This document shows positions 17,646 through 27,483 of a stretch of DNA of 34,968 nucleotides, piece by piece. The notes below the pieces were generated by a model. The model worked only from the letters and a program-made list of their open reading frames with translations, ran no database searches and was not told the DNA's origin. The translations under genes and the position numbers were made by a program. Positions within the stretch are counted from its first letter, which is position 1, and every line of letters begins with the position of its first letter. The DNA lies in IMG/VR virus record IMGVR_UViG_3300019468_000021, one strand, 5' to 3'. This DNA comes from a virus.

Positions 17646-18059
17646 TCAAAAATTCTCTTTAAGGTACCTCTCCAGTTCCTTACGCACACTTTCCCCGCTG
17701 CATCCGGATAGTCGCATCCCGACTTCCTCCCAAGTGTAATTGTCGAAGTATTTAAGATGTACGATTCTCCGAATCCGCATGGGCGTAGTGGAGAGCCATT
17801 TCTCTACCTTTAGTTTCAAATTACAGGCATCGGCTTTTTGGATATAGAGGAGGTACTCTTCTCTACTGATGAGATCCATTTCCTCCTCCGGGAATCCCTC
17901 GAGTTTAAAGCTCCTTTTTATCCAAGGATACTCGGGGCTGGATCCTTCCGTTTTGTCGATAATGGTTGTCCGTGCCTCTTTTAACCCGGCTATCCTTTCC
18001 TCTGTCTCCTTTATCAGCTCGCAAGCGTCTAAATATTGTTCAAGTGTCTTCTTCTCCAT
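17646..18059 (-). CDS. Sigma-70 region-4-like late gene regulator (DUF1492/RinA-like)
   Basis: 137 aa. The C terminus RIRRIVHLKYFDNYTWEEVGMRLSGCSGESVRKELERYL looks like a sigma r4 HTH. Located immediately before the packaging genes. Confidence 0.6.
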   Translation of the reverse strand: MEKKTLEQYLDACELIKETEERIAGLKEARTTIIDKTEGSSPEYPWIKRSFKLEGFPEEEMDLISREEYLLYIQKADACNLKLKVEKWLSTTPMRIRRIVHLKYFDNYTWEEVGMRLSGCSGESVRKELERYLKENF

Positions 18060-19410
18060 TGCCCGCCTTTCTAAGCCTTGCCTTTAAGGCTCTAAGTACA
18101 TCCTCTTGATTCTGTCCCTTTTCAGAGAGGGACTTTTTAATGTCATGGTCTACTGTATCCGTACAAAGCAGCTCATGCACGATAACCGGCTTTTCTTGTC
18201 CTTGCCGGAAAAGTCGAGCATTGGCCTGTGCATACAACTCATAGCTCCAAGGTAGCGAAAACCAAATAATGCTTCGTCCGCCATACTGGAGGTTGATTCC
18301 GTAAGCCGTACTTGCAGGATGAGCAAGTAATATATCTATCCGCCCTTTGTTCCAGTCTTCCTCATCCTTAGGGCTTTTAAACTCTCTAACTTCTAAACCT
18401 GACTTCTCCAATGCTTTCAGAATCCTATCCTTGTCATGCTTAAAATTGTAAAATACTAAAGCGGATTCCCCATTTAATTCTTCCACAAGCTCTGTAAAAC
18501 GCTCCAGCTTGCAGTCATGGATATGGTTCACTACTTTATCCTCATCGTAGATTGCCCCATTGGCACACTGGGATAATTTGTTTGTAAGCACTCCGGCAGA
18601 TACTGCGGTTATCTCTGACTCCTCCAAGGATAGAACCATGTTCTTTTCTAGGTCTTGGTAGGCCTTTAGGGCTTTCTTATCCAGTTCAACCGGTACCTCG
18701 TTATAGACGATAGAGGGAAGCTCCAGATAGTCTTTCGCTTTCAGGCTTATGCAGATGTCGGAGATTTTCTTTGTGATTGCTTCTTTCGCTCCGGGCTTTA
18801 AAGTGTACCCAAATCCTGAATAATCCTTTGTAAAATACCTCGTTCTATAGTGGGTTATATATTCCCCCAGTCGCTCTCCCCTATCCAGTAAATAGATCTG
18901 GCTCCAAAGGTCTTCCATACTTTTAGGATTCGGTGTACCGGTAAGGGCTATTAAGCGATTCACAAAAGGTAGCGTTCTTTTTAAAGCTTTGAAACGCATA
19001 GCCTGAGGGTTCTTAAAGCTGGAGCTTTCATCTACTACAACCATATCAAAGAACCACTTCCTCCCAAGGGTTTGACAAAGCCAAGCCACATTGTCACGGT
19101 TCGTAATGTAAATATCTGCGGCTTGATTGATAGCAGCTATACGCTCTTTTGCGGATCCTAAGACCTTAGATATCTTTAGGTCCTTAGTATGCTCCCATTT
19201 TTTAGATTCCGTGGTCCAGGTCGATTCCGCTACCTTCTTCGGAGCAATGACCAGAACCCTAAAAATATCTAGTCTGTCCTTTAACTCCATAATAGCCGAC
19301 AGGGTAATAATCGTCTTTCCAAGTCCCATGTCTAAGAAGAGGCCTACGGACTTGTCTTTGACAATGCGGTCTATACACATGGTCTGATAGTCATGCGGTA
19401 TAAACTCCAT
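18040..19410 (-). CDS. SNF2-family helicase
   Basis: 456 aa. Motif I LDMGLGKT, motif II VVVDESSSFKN, and C-terminal helicase motifs (RLFRQGQ). Confidence 0.9.
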   Translation of the reverse strand: MEFIPHDYQTMCIDRIVKDKSVGLFLDMGLGKTIITLSAIMELKDRLDIFRVLVIAPKKVAESTWTTESKKWEHTKDLKISKVLGSAKERIAAINQAADIYITNRDNVAWLCQTLGRKWFFDMVVVDESSSFKNPQAMRFKALKRTLPFVNRLIALTGTPNPKSMEDLWSQIYLLDRGERLGEYITHYRTRYFTKDYSGFGYTLKPGAKEAITKKISDICISLKAKDYLELPSIVYNEVPVELDKKALKAYQDLEKNMVLSLEESEITAVSAGVLTNKLSQCANGAIYDEDKVVNHIHDCKLERFTELVEELNGESALVFYNFKHDKDRILKALEKSGLEVREFKSPKDEEDWNKGRIDILLAHPASTAYGINLQYGGRSIIWFSLPWSYELYAQANARLFRQGQEKPVIVHELLCTDTVDHDIKKSLSEKGQNQEDVLRALKARLRKAGNGEEDT

Positions 19411-19426
19411 AAGATTTCGCCTCCTC

Positions 19427-19738
19427 TCATTTATACTCCGTTCCGGATAGGCAGTTGTTTTGAAAGTCTTCTACAAACTTCCGAACTCCCTCCATGCCGT
19501 AGATAACATAAACTTCCTGCTTTAATGCTTTAAGTTTTTTTATTTGAATCTCCTGCAGAGAAGACAGCCTACCCTTTATGGTTTTCAGTTCGGCAAAAAA
19601 TACCTTGCCCTCTTCCGTAATGAATAGCCTGTCCGGAACACCCCTGCAATTTGGAGACACGAATTTATACGATTCACATCCAAGGTTCCAAAGCATCCGC
19701 ACCAATGCTTTTTCCACTTTCCTTTCCTGTTCTACCAT
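19427..19738 (-). CDS. VRR-NUC domain nuclease
   Basis: 103 aa. GVPDRLF...FFAELK is a PD-(D/E)xK core. Typical neighbour of SNF2 and VirE in this replication cassette. Confidence 0.8.
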   Translation of the reverse strand: MVEQERKVEKALVRMLWNLGCESYKFVSPNCRGVPDRLFITEEGKVFFAELKTIKGRLSSLQEIQIKKLKALKQEVYVIYGMEGVRKFVEDFQNNCLSGTEYK

Positions 19739-19765
19739 TTCACAAACCTTTCAAAAAAAATTAAG

Positions 19766-20114
19766 TGGTAACAATGGTAACCAACTTTTTGATTTTCCTA
19801 ACATATATAGGAAAAGAAGAAGATACATATTTTATCTATTAAATACGCGTATATATATGGCTTATTTAAGTATTTAAGGCTATAAATAGCTAAGTTCTTC
19901 TTTAAATAAAATATTTTCTTTTTTAGTAAAATAATGGTTACCATGGTTACCAGTAGCTTATAAACCCAGTATTTAAGCCGTTTTTTAGGATTTATACCGG
20001 TAACTAACTAGCTAAAAACTGGTAACCATGGTAACCAACTTTTATATAGTTTATTATTTTTAACTTAATTGTTAAAAAATAGATGGTTACCAGTAGACCA
20101 AGTTGGTTACCAGC
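19766..20114. repeat. Iteron cluster in a 390-bp AT-rich non-coding region; candidate origin of replication
   Basis: Perfect GGTAACC at 19776, 20021 and 20030, and its reverse complement GGTTACC at 19936, 19945, 20085 and 20105. Degenerate GGTAACA at 19767 and GGTAACT at 19999. Three 9-bp-phased dimers, e.g. tggtaaccatggtaaccaactttt at 20020 and, with one a/c difference, at 19766. The 14-mer atggttaccagtag occurs at 19944 and 20083. Confidence 0.6.
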
Positions 20115-20130
20115 AAAACGCTATTTTTGA

Positions 20131-22590
20131 CTACCTGTCCGGCGGCCTATAGCATCTTTGCTTTCCATAATTCACATCTCTAACAGTGCTTTTTTTCCAT
20201 CCCTTCATCTGCTTAATTATCTTGTTGTATCTATTCGATTCCTGCTTCTTTAGACTGCTTATTTCCAGTCTAAGCATCTCGCAATGGATATTCTGCGCAG
20301 ATAGATAAGGCATAGGCATAAGTGGCGAATCCTCCTTGTCCTGCTCTCCTCTTTCCAGCTTATCCAGATACACTCGCCTGCCCATAAGGTCCATTTCCAG
20401 CCAGTTGCTAGGAACCATAATTTCGGAAAACCGCTCTACCAAAGACTCATAAGGATCCTTTTCGGAATACTCCTCGTGCATCTTTGCCAGAGTTTCCGTG
20501 CTTTCTTTGGAAAGAACTTGGTAACGAAGTTCATCATAGTGTCCATCGCATAGGTTCACCATAAAGCAGATTTCCGCCCATATCTGATCAACCTCTTGCT
20601 CCGTAAGCTCATCCCAGATATCTTTCTTTATCTTCTCAGCATTAACCGGTAAAGGATAAAATCTTCGGTTTCCCGTAGTATCCTTTAAAAACTCATCTTC
20701 ATTACTGGTACCGAAGAAAACGCATTTTCTTGGATGCTCCTTACTGCGCCTTGCGTAAGACTCTCGGTAGTTCGAGCTTCTCGTTGATAAGAACTGCTTA
20801 ATTTCCGTAGACTCCTGCCGGTTCAAGGCTGTAAGCTCTGAAACCTCCACAATCCACTTTCCGGCAATCGTGTCCTCCGCTTCCTTACCGCTAAACTTTA
20901 CAAGGGAATCAGTAAACCATTCCTTCCCAAGCTTCTTAAGAATCGTACTCTTTCCTATGCCCTGCGCTCCTACTAAGATAAGCATATTGTCGTACTTCGC
21001 ACCGAACTTGAAGGCTCTTATAACACAGGCCTCTAAGGTCTTTAGCGTAATTTCCTTTGTGTAATCACAGTCTTCTGCACCTAGGTAATCGATAAACAAC
21101 CTTTCTGCCCTGCTTTTTCCATCCCAGCGAAGAGCATTCAGATAATCAGCTACCACATTGATCCGATGGTCTTTAAAGACTAAGGAAAGGGCTGCATTCG
21201 CCTTCTTCTCGTGGTGTATCTTGTAGAACAACTCCAAGTACCAAAACAAGCCGTTATCATCTTCATCAGTCCACTCGTGATTGCCACTTTTATCCCAAGG
21301 CACTGCTCCGCCGCAAAACTTCTTATCTGTAAAGGAGTCGGAGTAAATCTTCCCTTTTAGGTTGTGATCGTTCTCCATAACCTTCTTAAAGTTGTCAATC
21401 GTTGGAAGAACTCGCCCTTCTTCATTAACCAGAAGCTTATTCATCCAGTCTGTATTTACTTCGCCCTTGGATACCTTTTCAATCTCTCCTTTAGAGTGCT
21501 CGCTGTCGTCTTCTTCAAAGGCTTTCTGTGCTTCTAATATTCGCTCCTCATGTAAGCACTTCATAGCCTCAGAGTCGGACATAACGAGCTTCTCCATCTC
21601 TTTAAAAGACGGCCTATTGCTCTCCAGCATGGTGCTCCGGACACTTTCGTCTAAATCCCCGAACTTGTGAATACGTACTAAGTCAAAGGCATTCACAAGG
21701 ATTCCGCTGCACGGATCCGTAGCATGATGGGAATAAAGAAAAGTATCGTTGTCATAGAGCACCGCTCCTCCGGTGGTAGAGCCGTCTGCATAAGTCCAGC
21801 GGTCTGCCTTATCGGTTGGAACATAAATCCCTTTAAGGAATTTCGCTATCGCCGAAGGAATATCATAGGTCTTACAGAAAGCACCTATAAGGCCGTTTTT
21901 CTCTAAAGGGTTCCCTTGCTTTGCGATGTGCTTCCGGATAAGAAGATTTTCGGTCTTGCAAGTTGGCCACTCCGATACATTTTGCCAGTCATGGTACAGG
22001 CCTAAGACTTCTTCCTTCTTAACCATCTCCCCCGTAAAGACCTTGAATAGGTAGTCCGCACCTTTACAGATGGAGGGGAAGTACATCAAGCGGTTTGCTT
22101 CGAAAGTAGTCGGGTCTGCATAGTCTATCCCTATCTGACTTGCCAGCATTCTGGCTAAGGGCTCGTACTCCTCAACGCTTGAAGGTTCCGCCAATGGAAA
22201 AAGGATTCTAAGCCTCGGCTTATCCTTTGTGTGTTTTCTGGTGCTGTAGAGTAATGCAGCATAGCCAAGCTTCTCTACTGCCTCCAAAATGCCGTCTAAG
22301 TCAGTTCCCGGGATATTATCAAGGTCGAGGGTTACAAGTTCCCGGCTTAAAACATCTGTAGCCTTTCTTGTTGCGCCTTTCAGCGTTCCTCCTACGAAAC
22401 CGCCTACGTCCTTTAATTCGTCTTGCTTATCCTTAGACAAGGCCATATATTCCGAAAAGCTTTCCGCCCCCTCTTTAGGAGTAGCGAATAAGGCGGTAAA
22501 ATCATTCCAGCTATATTCTTTTTCTTTCCATTGCTTAGATTTTCTGTTGTTCGCAATGGAAACTTTAATCTTTCTGATAGAACTGTCCAC
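20131..22590 (-). CDS. Primase/helicase, VirE-family (N-terminal primase-like, C-terminal P-loop NTPase)
   Basis: 819 aa. Walker A VGAQGIGKST with ...FFGTSNEDEFLKDTTGNRRF typical of VirE/D5-like NTPases. GTG start overlapping the polymerase 3' end. Confidence 0.8.
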   Translation of the reverse strand: MDSSIRKIKVSIANNRKSKQWKEKEYSWNDFTALFATPKEGAESFSEYMALSKDKQDELKDVGGFVGGTLKGATRKATDVLSRELVTLDLDNIPGTDLDGILEAVEKLGYAALLYSTRKHTKDKPRLRILFPLAEPSSVEEYEPLARMLASQIGIDYADPTTFEANRLMYFPSICKGADYLFKVFTGEMVKKEEVLGLYHDWQNVSEWPTCKTENLLIRKHIAKQGNPLEKNGLIGAFCKTYDIPSAIAKFLKGIYVPTDKADRWTYADGSTTGGAVLYDNDTFLYSHHATDPCSGILVNAFDLVRIHKFGDLDESVRSTMLESNRPSFKEMEKLVMSDSEAMKCLHEERILEAQKAFEEDDSEHSKGEIEKVSKGEVNTDWMNKLLVNEEGRVLPTIDNFKKVMENDHNLKGKIYSDSFTDKKFCGGAVPWDKSGNHEWTDEDDNGLFWYLELFYKIHHEKKANAALSLVFKDHRINVVADYLNALRWDGKSRAERLFIDYLGAEDCDYTKEITLKTLEACVIRAFKFGAKYDNMLILVGAQGIGKSTILKKLGKEWFTDSLVKFSGKEAEDTIAGKWIVEVSELTALNRQESTEIKQFLSTRSSNYRESYARRSKEHPRKCVFFGTSNEDEFLKDTTGNRRFYPLPVNAEKIKKDIWDELTEQEVDQIWAEICFMVNLCDGHYDELRYQVLSKESTETLAKMHEEYSEKDPYESLVERFSEIMVPSNWLEMDLMGRRVYLDKLERGEQDKEDSPLMPMPYLSAQNIHCEMLRLEISSLKKQESNRYNKIIKQMKGWKKSTVRDVNYGKQRCYRPPDR

Positions 22591-24496
22591 TGAATCCCGC
22601 CCCTTTCAAAATTAAGCCTTTTGCCCACGGTATAGGCTCTGCCATAATGCTGCATAACTCATCAACTGTTAAATCCATTCCCGCATCCACAATCACTTCA
22701 TCATGAACATGGAAAACGATTCTGTAGCCTTTACTTGTTATCCTGTCCAGCGTTTCGCAAAGGCAGTCCCTTGCTATGCCTTGAACAATGTTCTCTACCA
22801 ATTTTCCTCCGAAGGTGCTGGACTCTTCCCACTTCTTTGTAGTTTGGTTCTGCGTGTAAAAGTATAAGGACTCGCTTCCGAACTGGTTTAAACCGATGTA
22901 CGGCTTACAGTAGAAAAGCTTCCGTTTGCTTGGAAGTTCTATGGTTAGGAACCTTAAGCCGTTCTTTAGATCCTGCTCCATACGGAAGATAAGCCCATTC
23001 ACTTGCCTTGCCCTTCCGTCTCGTACGGTCCTTAGTGTATAACTGCCTACAGAAGACCATAAAGCCACGATCCTTTGATTAGCATTCCGCCATCTAGTCA
23101 CGATTTCCGGAAGTTCATCTTCTGAAAGCCCCATCTTTAAGGCTCCCATAGAGATTAGAGCGTTCGTCCCTCCTTGATAGCCTAGTGCTAAAGTCGCAAC
23201 TTTTCCTTTTTGACGGAGAGCGTATTCCGGATTCCCTTTTGCTATCTTTTCAATAGGGACATGGAACATCTGAGAGGCTGTCGCTTCATAAATCTTTCCG
23301 TGAGTCGCAAAAACCTCCTGTACCCATGTTTCCTTTGCAAGCCAGGCGATAACTCTCGCCTCAATGGCGGAGAAGTCTGCCACAACAAATTGATTCCCTG
23401 TACTCGGAATAAATGCTGTTCTAATAAGCTGTGAAAGCGTGTCCGGAATACTGTCGAAAAGAAGCTTTAAGGTTTCATAGTCCTGCCTTTTTACGCAATC
23501 TCTAGTTTCGGCTAACGGCTCTAAATAGTTCCTTGGAAGATTCTGCATCTGCACAAGTCTACCGCTAAAGCGCCCTGTCTTACTGGCTCCGTAGAATTGG
23601 GAGATACCTCTTACCCTATCCCCTTCTCCTATGGTGTTCGTCATGGCTTCGTACTTCTTAACGGAGGTCTTTCCTAACTGCTGCCTTATCTCTAATACCC
23701 TTCGCACCTTTAGAGGCAAATCTTCTTTCAAAGCGCTTTCTATCGTCGCTTTCTGGGTATTCTTTAGGGGATAGCCTTGCGCATTTACCCAATTAAGTAA
23801 TTGCGTAGGGCTGTTAGGGTTCTCAAGCTGTGTAAGTCTTATCGCCTCAGTCAAAAGCTCCTCTTCACACCGCTCTTGAATCTTTATTGCACCGTTTACA
23901 AGCTCGGTATCTACTTTTACACCGTAGTCGTTCATAGCAATATCCTGTCTCCAGCGCTCCCATTCAAGCTCCGGAACAGGGAAGCCTGAAAGCCTGTTCT
24001 CTATCTCCATTTCTGAAACAACGTCCTGTCGGTTATACTCTTTAAAAGCTTTCCACTTTACGGCATCCGGCTTATAAGGCTTTACGCAGAAATACCGGAT
24101 TAGCTGTTTACCTACAGCGGACTTCTTTTTATCCTCCGGTATTCCTAAGGCTTCTCCGGTGTTGGCAAGCCCTGCCGGAAGGCTTAAATACATTGCATGG
24201 ATCATAGTGCATTGCCACTGATCAAGCGGAGTCTTTATGCCGGCACGGTTTAAGCAGTACCACTCAAAAGCCGCATTGTAAGCGTGCTTTATAACTTCCT
24301 TATCCTGTAAAGCAGTTAAAATAAAATGGGGAATTTCTTCCCCATTCTCAAGATCAATGACTTGCACTTCTTCTCCGTCAAAGGAATAGGCAAAAAGCAT
24401 GATTCTAAACTGCTCTGATTGTGCGTATCGGTACGCTCCGGCCTTTTGGATATCGATATCCGAAAAAGTCTCTATATCAATGCTTAAATGCCTCAT
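22565..24496 (-). CDS. Family A DNA polymerase with 3'-5' exonuclease domain
   Basis: 643 aa. Exo I SIDIETFS; pol motifs ...RQKGKVATLALGYQGG... and HVHDEVIV. Confidence 0.9.
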   Translation of the reverse strand: MRHLSIDIETFSDIDIQKAGAYRYAQSEQFRIMLFAYSFDGEEVQVIDLENGEEIPHFILTALQDKEVIKHAYNAAFEWYCLNRAGIKTPLDQWQCTMIHAMYLSLPAGLANTGEALGIPEDKKKSAVGKQLIRYFCVKPYKPDAVKWKAFKEYNRQDVVSEMEIENRLSGFPVPELEWERWRQDIAMNDYGVKVDTELVNGAIKIQERCEEELLTEAIRLTQLENPNSPTQLLNWVNAQGYPLKNTQKATIESALKEDLPLKVRRVLEIRQQLGKTSVKKYEAMTNTIGEGDRVRGISQFYGASKTGRFSGRLVQMQNLPRNYLEPLAETRDCVKRQDYETLKLLFDSIPDTLSQLIRTAFIPSTGNQFVVADFSAIEARVIAWLAKETWVQEVFATHGKIYEATASQMFHVPIEKIAKGNPEYALRQKGKVATLALGYQGGTNALISMGALKMGLSEDELPEIVTRWRNANQRIVALWSSVGSYTLRTVRDGRARQVNGLIFRMEQDLKNGLRFLTIELPSKRKLFYCKPYIGLNQFGSESLYFYTQNQTTKKWEESSTFGGKLVENIVQGIARDCLCETLDRITSKGYRIVFHVHDEVIVDAGMDLTVDELCSIMAEPIPWAKGLILKGAGFSGQFYQKD

Positions 24497-24504
24497 TGCC
24501 CCTC

Positions 24505-25077
24505 CTATCCGAAAATACTGTCACCAGCTAAATCTTCAAAAAATTCATCTCCGAAAGCCCCATCCACAGATACTCTGGTGCCGCCTAATGGCTCTCCATC
24601 CCTTGTCTTCTGAATAGCATTCAGCCCGCAAGCTACCCCTTTGTTTCCGTTCGAGTTGTATGCATAAAAGCTGATGTTTGCTCTTGCATAGCATCCGGAA
24701 TAAACTTCTGACTGATCTAAGATCTCCTGTCTGTTTCTATCTACTACCTTTGGCGGATAAGAAGGATTAGCCTTGGCATTAATAAGATAATGTCCGTGGC
24801 ACTCCTCTCCGTAAGGCTCTCCGTCTGTAGGTCTTACGCCGTCTCCGTCCTGCAGAGGGCTTGTAAGCTTAGCGGGAATCTTTCCTTGGAACTTCTTATC
24901 CTTTCCTAATACCGTAGCTTCTTTGATGGCCGTTTCTATAGCGGCAATAGTCTTGGTATCGGACTTTGGAATTAAAAGCATTGCGCTGTACTTAAGGTTC
25001 CCTGATGGATCTGCAGACGGCTCAAAAATATTTACATAAGAAAGTCTTACTTCTCCGGTGGTGATTACTGTACTCAT
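24505..25077 (-). CDS. DUF2815-family protein (phage ssDNA-binding-like)
   Basis: 190 aa. MSTVITTGEVRLSYVNIFEP...is the typical DUF2815 N terminus. Conserved partner of DUF2800 and PolA. Confidence 0.75.
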   Translation of the reverse strand: MSTVITTGEVRLSYVNIFEPSADPSGNLKYSAMLLIPKSDTKTIAAIETAIKEATVLGKDKKFQGKIPAKLTSPLQDGDGVRPTDGEPYGEECHGHYLINAKANPSYPPKVVDRNRQEILDQSEVYSGCYARANISFYAYNSNGNKGVACGLNAIQKTRDGEPLGGTRVSVDGAFGDEFFEDLAGDSIFG

Positions 25078-25079
25078 AA

Positions 25080-26234
25080 TTAATTTTCTCCTTCATCATT
25101 AAACATAGTTTCTACGCTGTTATATGCCGGTCTTTCGTCCGACTCTAAAGTAAGGGTTGGCTTACCTTTAGATTTGGTTACATACTTCTCCGCTATGGGC
25201 GTAAAGCGCTTCTTCCCAAGAAGCTTCTCTACCTTGGAAAGAGTAAGCGGAACGGTTTCATAGAGCTCTTCTTCCTTAGCTTCTTCGCTGTCAACGATGT
25301 ACTTAAAGGCTTCTTTTTCATCAGTCCACACTCTTGTAGACCGCCCTTCTACTATCTTCCAACCTTTTATTTCTTCTCCAAGTAGTAGCTTGTCTTTAGC
25401 GCACTCCCCAACATCTGCGAGCCACGTAGGGAAGCCTGAGCACTTTGTTAGGATATCCCCTAATTCATCATTGCTAAGAAGCCGTGGATCCTGCTCCTCT
25501 AAGAACATGAGTGCAAGATTCTTTTCTGCTCTCGCCCGGCAAGTTGCTTTTACTTTGCAAAATCTGCAAGTATCCTCCTCCGGACAAAATTCCCCTTCTC
25601 CCTTGAAGGCTACTTCTGCTTTCTTTTTAACTTCTTCCCCGAAGGCTAAGAGATCCTCAACGGATAACTCCCAAGAAGAAGGCTCCTCGTCTATCCTAGG
25701 CTGCACAATCGTAAGTCTTACAGTCTTAAAGTCCTGCATGAATGAATACAAATCGTATGCTCCTAAGGCGTAAAGCATAAGCTGGGGATTCTCTACAGGA
25801 GATACCTTCACGCCTCTGCCATACTTAAAGTCGATAACATGGAGTAGCTCTTCCCCTACTATGATGCAGTCAGCTGTACCAAAGCCCTCCGGTACATAAG
25901 CGGACAGGTCTAGGGCCTCCTCTATCCTTATGTCTCCATTCTCCTCAAGCATTGTCTGATAGCAGTAATCCGCATAATCCTGCGTAAAACGCTCCATCTC
26001 CGGAGAATAGAACTCCGATTCCTTTACCTTCTTAGTTGCTTCTTCTACATCATCTCCTAGAAGCCCCCTAAGCTTGCATTCGCATAGTTCATGAGCAACA
26101 GTCCCTTCCTTAGCTGCTGTGCCTTCCTCTACCGCTACTTCATCCTCTAGCCTTGCGGATGGTGTGCAGTGCATCCATCGGTGCGCAGAACTGGCGGATA
26201 GTAAGGCGTGTGCTCTTTCTTCATGGTTAGGCAT
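25080..26234 (-). CDS. DUF2800-family PD-(D/E)xK nuclease (Cas4-like, Cys cluster)
   Basis: 384 aa. LSASSAHRWMHCTPS N terminus; DFKYG core; C-terminal CPEEDTCRFCKVKATC cysteines. Confidence 0.8.
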   Translation of the reverse strand: MPNHEERAHALLSASSAHRWMHCTPSARLEDEVAVEEGTAAKEGTVAHELCECKLRGLLGDDVEEATKKVKESEFYSPEMERFTQDYADYCYQTMLEENGDIRIEEALDLSAYVPEGFGTADCIIVGEELLHVIDFKYGRGVKVSPVENPQLMLYALGAYDLYSFMQDFKTVRLTIVQPRIDEEPSSWELSVEDLLAFGEEVKKKAEVAFKGEGEFCPEEDTCRFCKVKATCRARAEKNLALMFLEEQDPRLLSNDELGDILTKCSGFPTWLADVGECAKDKLLLGEEIKGWKIVEGRSTRVWTDEKEAFKYIVDSEEAKEEELYETVPLTLSKVEKLLGKKRFTPIAEKYVTKSKGKPTLTLESDERPAYNSVETMFNDEGEN

Positions 26235-26602
26235 TAAATTTTCCCTCCGATGGCTACGAACTTCTCCACGAACTGACTGATTAAATCACCCTCTAACTGA
26301 GACAGCTGTTCAATCCCCATCCCGGATAGGATTTCTTTTGCCTTTGTCAAGTTATCCTGATTGTTTCTTGTGAACTCCATGACGGCTTTTCTAAGTTCTG
26401 CAGTAGTGATTTGAGGTTTAGCTGCAGCTTCTTCTTTTACCGGCTCTACCTTCTTTACCGGCTCCTCTACTTTTACGGGCTCCTCCGTTTTCACCTTTTT
26501 CGGCGGATCCGGAATTGCTTCTGTAGGTATTGCCGCCCTGAGATATTCCACAATTCTTTTAGCTAACCCGTCTACGTCTGCATCTGTTAATTTGACTTCC
26601 AT
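26234..26602 (-). CDS. Hypothetical protein with (E)EPVK repeats
   Basis: Start at the ATG at 26602 (SD gagaaggagaaagaaaaATG). 122 aa. Central KVKTEEPVKVEEPVKKVEPVKEE linker. Confidence 0.6.
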   Translation of the reverse strand: MEVKLTDADVDGLAKRIVEYLRAAIPTEAIPDPPKKVKTEEPVKVEEPVKKVEPVKEEAAAKPQITTAELRKAVMEFTRNNQDNLTKAKEILSGMGIEQLSQLEGDLISQFVEKFVAIGGKI

Positions 26603-26795
26603 TTTTCTTTCTCCTTCTCTTTTCTTCAAACTCCAGTAAATCTATGTAATAGGCCAGAAGTACGCCGAGTACTAAACCTAGAAGCATACACTCTACTAAT
26701 GTGGCTGCTGAGAATGCTCCATAGTCAAGAGCGGCTACTATGGCCATAAGGAACAGCATGTCAATGCCGAGCAAGCAATTCGCAACCAGCTTCAT
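26559..26795 (-). CDS. Small membrane protein
   Basis: 78 aa, SD cggagaggagcaaagaaATG, ATGA overlap with the upstream gene. Two hydrophobic helices then a basic tail. The 3' end overlaps the next gene by 44 nt. Confidence 0.5.
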   Translation of the reverse strand: MKLVANCLLGIDMLFLMAIVAALDYGAFSAATLVECMLLGLVLGVLLAYYIDLLEFEEKRRRKKNGSQINRCRRRRVS

Positions 26796-27040
26796 TTCTT
26801 TGCTCCTCTCCGAAAAACCTTTGCAATTTTCTCATCTGAAAACTGCAAACGGTCAAATACTGTCATTAGATCCGTGAAGGAATACGTTCCGTGCTTACGC
26901 TTATAGCAGAGCCCTCGCTCGGACACTCCAAGCCAATTAGCCATGTCCTTGTTGGTTATCCTGAACTCGGCTTTTTTCTTTCTTACTTCCCTGTCCAACT
27001 GTGCTGCAGGATAGGATTTATCTAACTTTACAAGTGGCAT
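26792..27040 (-). CDS. HTH DNA-binding protein
   Basis: 82 aa, SD gaacggaggtagtcaATG. ITNKDMANWLGVSERGLCYKRK is an HTH-like segment. Confidence 0.55.
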   Translation of the reverse strand: MPLVKLDKSYPAAQLDREVRKKKAEFRITNKDMANWLGVSERGLCYKRKHGTYSFTDLMTVFDRLQFSDEKIAKVFRRGAKK

Positions 27041-27251
27041 TGACTACCTCCGTTCTAAATGCGAATCTTCTGTACCAGTTCAGATATCCCGGAAAGAACT
27101 CCCTGATTGTTTGCTCCGGAGTAAGGCGCATGTAATTTGCTATAGTAGCAATCTGTCCGAGATTTAATGAGTTGGTTTTATACTTCTCTTCCAGATCCTC
27201 CGGAGGAATACCCAGAATTTCTGCAAGCTTTATTGTTGATGGCTGTATCAT
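27018..27251 (-). CDS. Hypothetical early protein, possible HTH
   Basis: 77 aa, SD aaaaggagggcaaATG. KLAEILGIPPEDLEEKYK...LGQIATIANYMRLTPEQ. Confidence 0.5.
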   Translation of the reverse strand: MIQPSTIKLAEILGIPPEDLEEKYKTNSLNLGQIATIANYMRLTPEQTIREFFPGYLNWYRRFAFRTEVVNATCKVR

Positions 27252-27262
27252 TTGCCCTCCTT

Positions 27263-27478
27263 TTAATCATCATCCGGATCCCAGCAGTCCCCACCGTGTA
27301 AATTCTCTTTCCTGCAAGCTTCCTCGAAGTCTTCTTCTCTCCACTTCTCTTCAAGAGCATTGCAGTAAAGCGCTTCCACTTCCCCTGCAATTAGTGTTCT
27401 AACCGGTATTCCTTGTTCTTTTGCTTCATTTGAGAAGTGTGTAAAGGCTGATTGACTGATGTCTATGTAAACTCTCAT
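27263..27478 (-). CDS. Hypothetical acidic early protein
   Basis: 71 aa, SD ccataggaggcaaatctaATG. The competing ORFs 27178..27390(-) and 27172..27402(+) lack SDs. Confidence 0.55.
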   Translation of the reverse strand: MRVYIDISQSAFTHFSNEAKEQGIPVRTLIAGEVEALYCNALEEKWREEDFEEACRKENLHGGDCWDPDDD

Positions 27479-27483
27479 TAGAT

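Noticed and set aside
19766-20114. Could the GGTAACC repeat cluster be a CRISPR array or a mini-transposon end?
   Set aside because: The repeats are 7-24 bp, occur in both orientations, have irregular spacing and lack uniform spacers, so it is not CRISPR-like. No transposase or terminal inverted repeat pair bounds the region.
27178-27402. ORFs 27178..27390(-) and 27172..27402(+) in the early region.
   Set aside because: They conflict with two SD-preceded ORFs (27018..27251 and 27263..27478) that tile the region without gaps. Neither has an SD.
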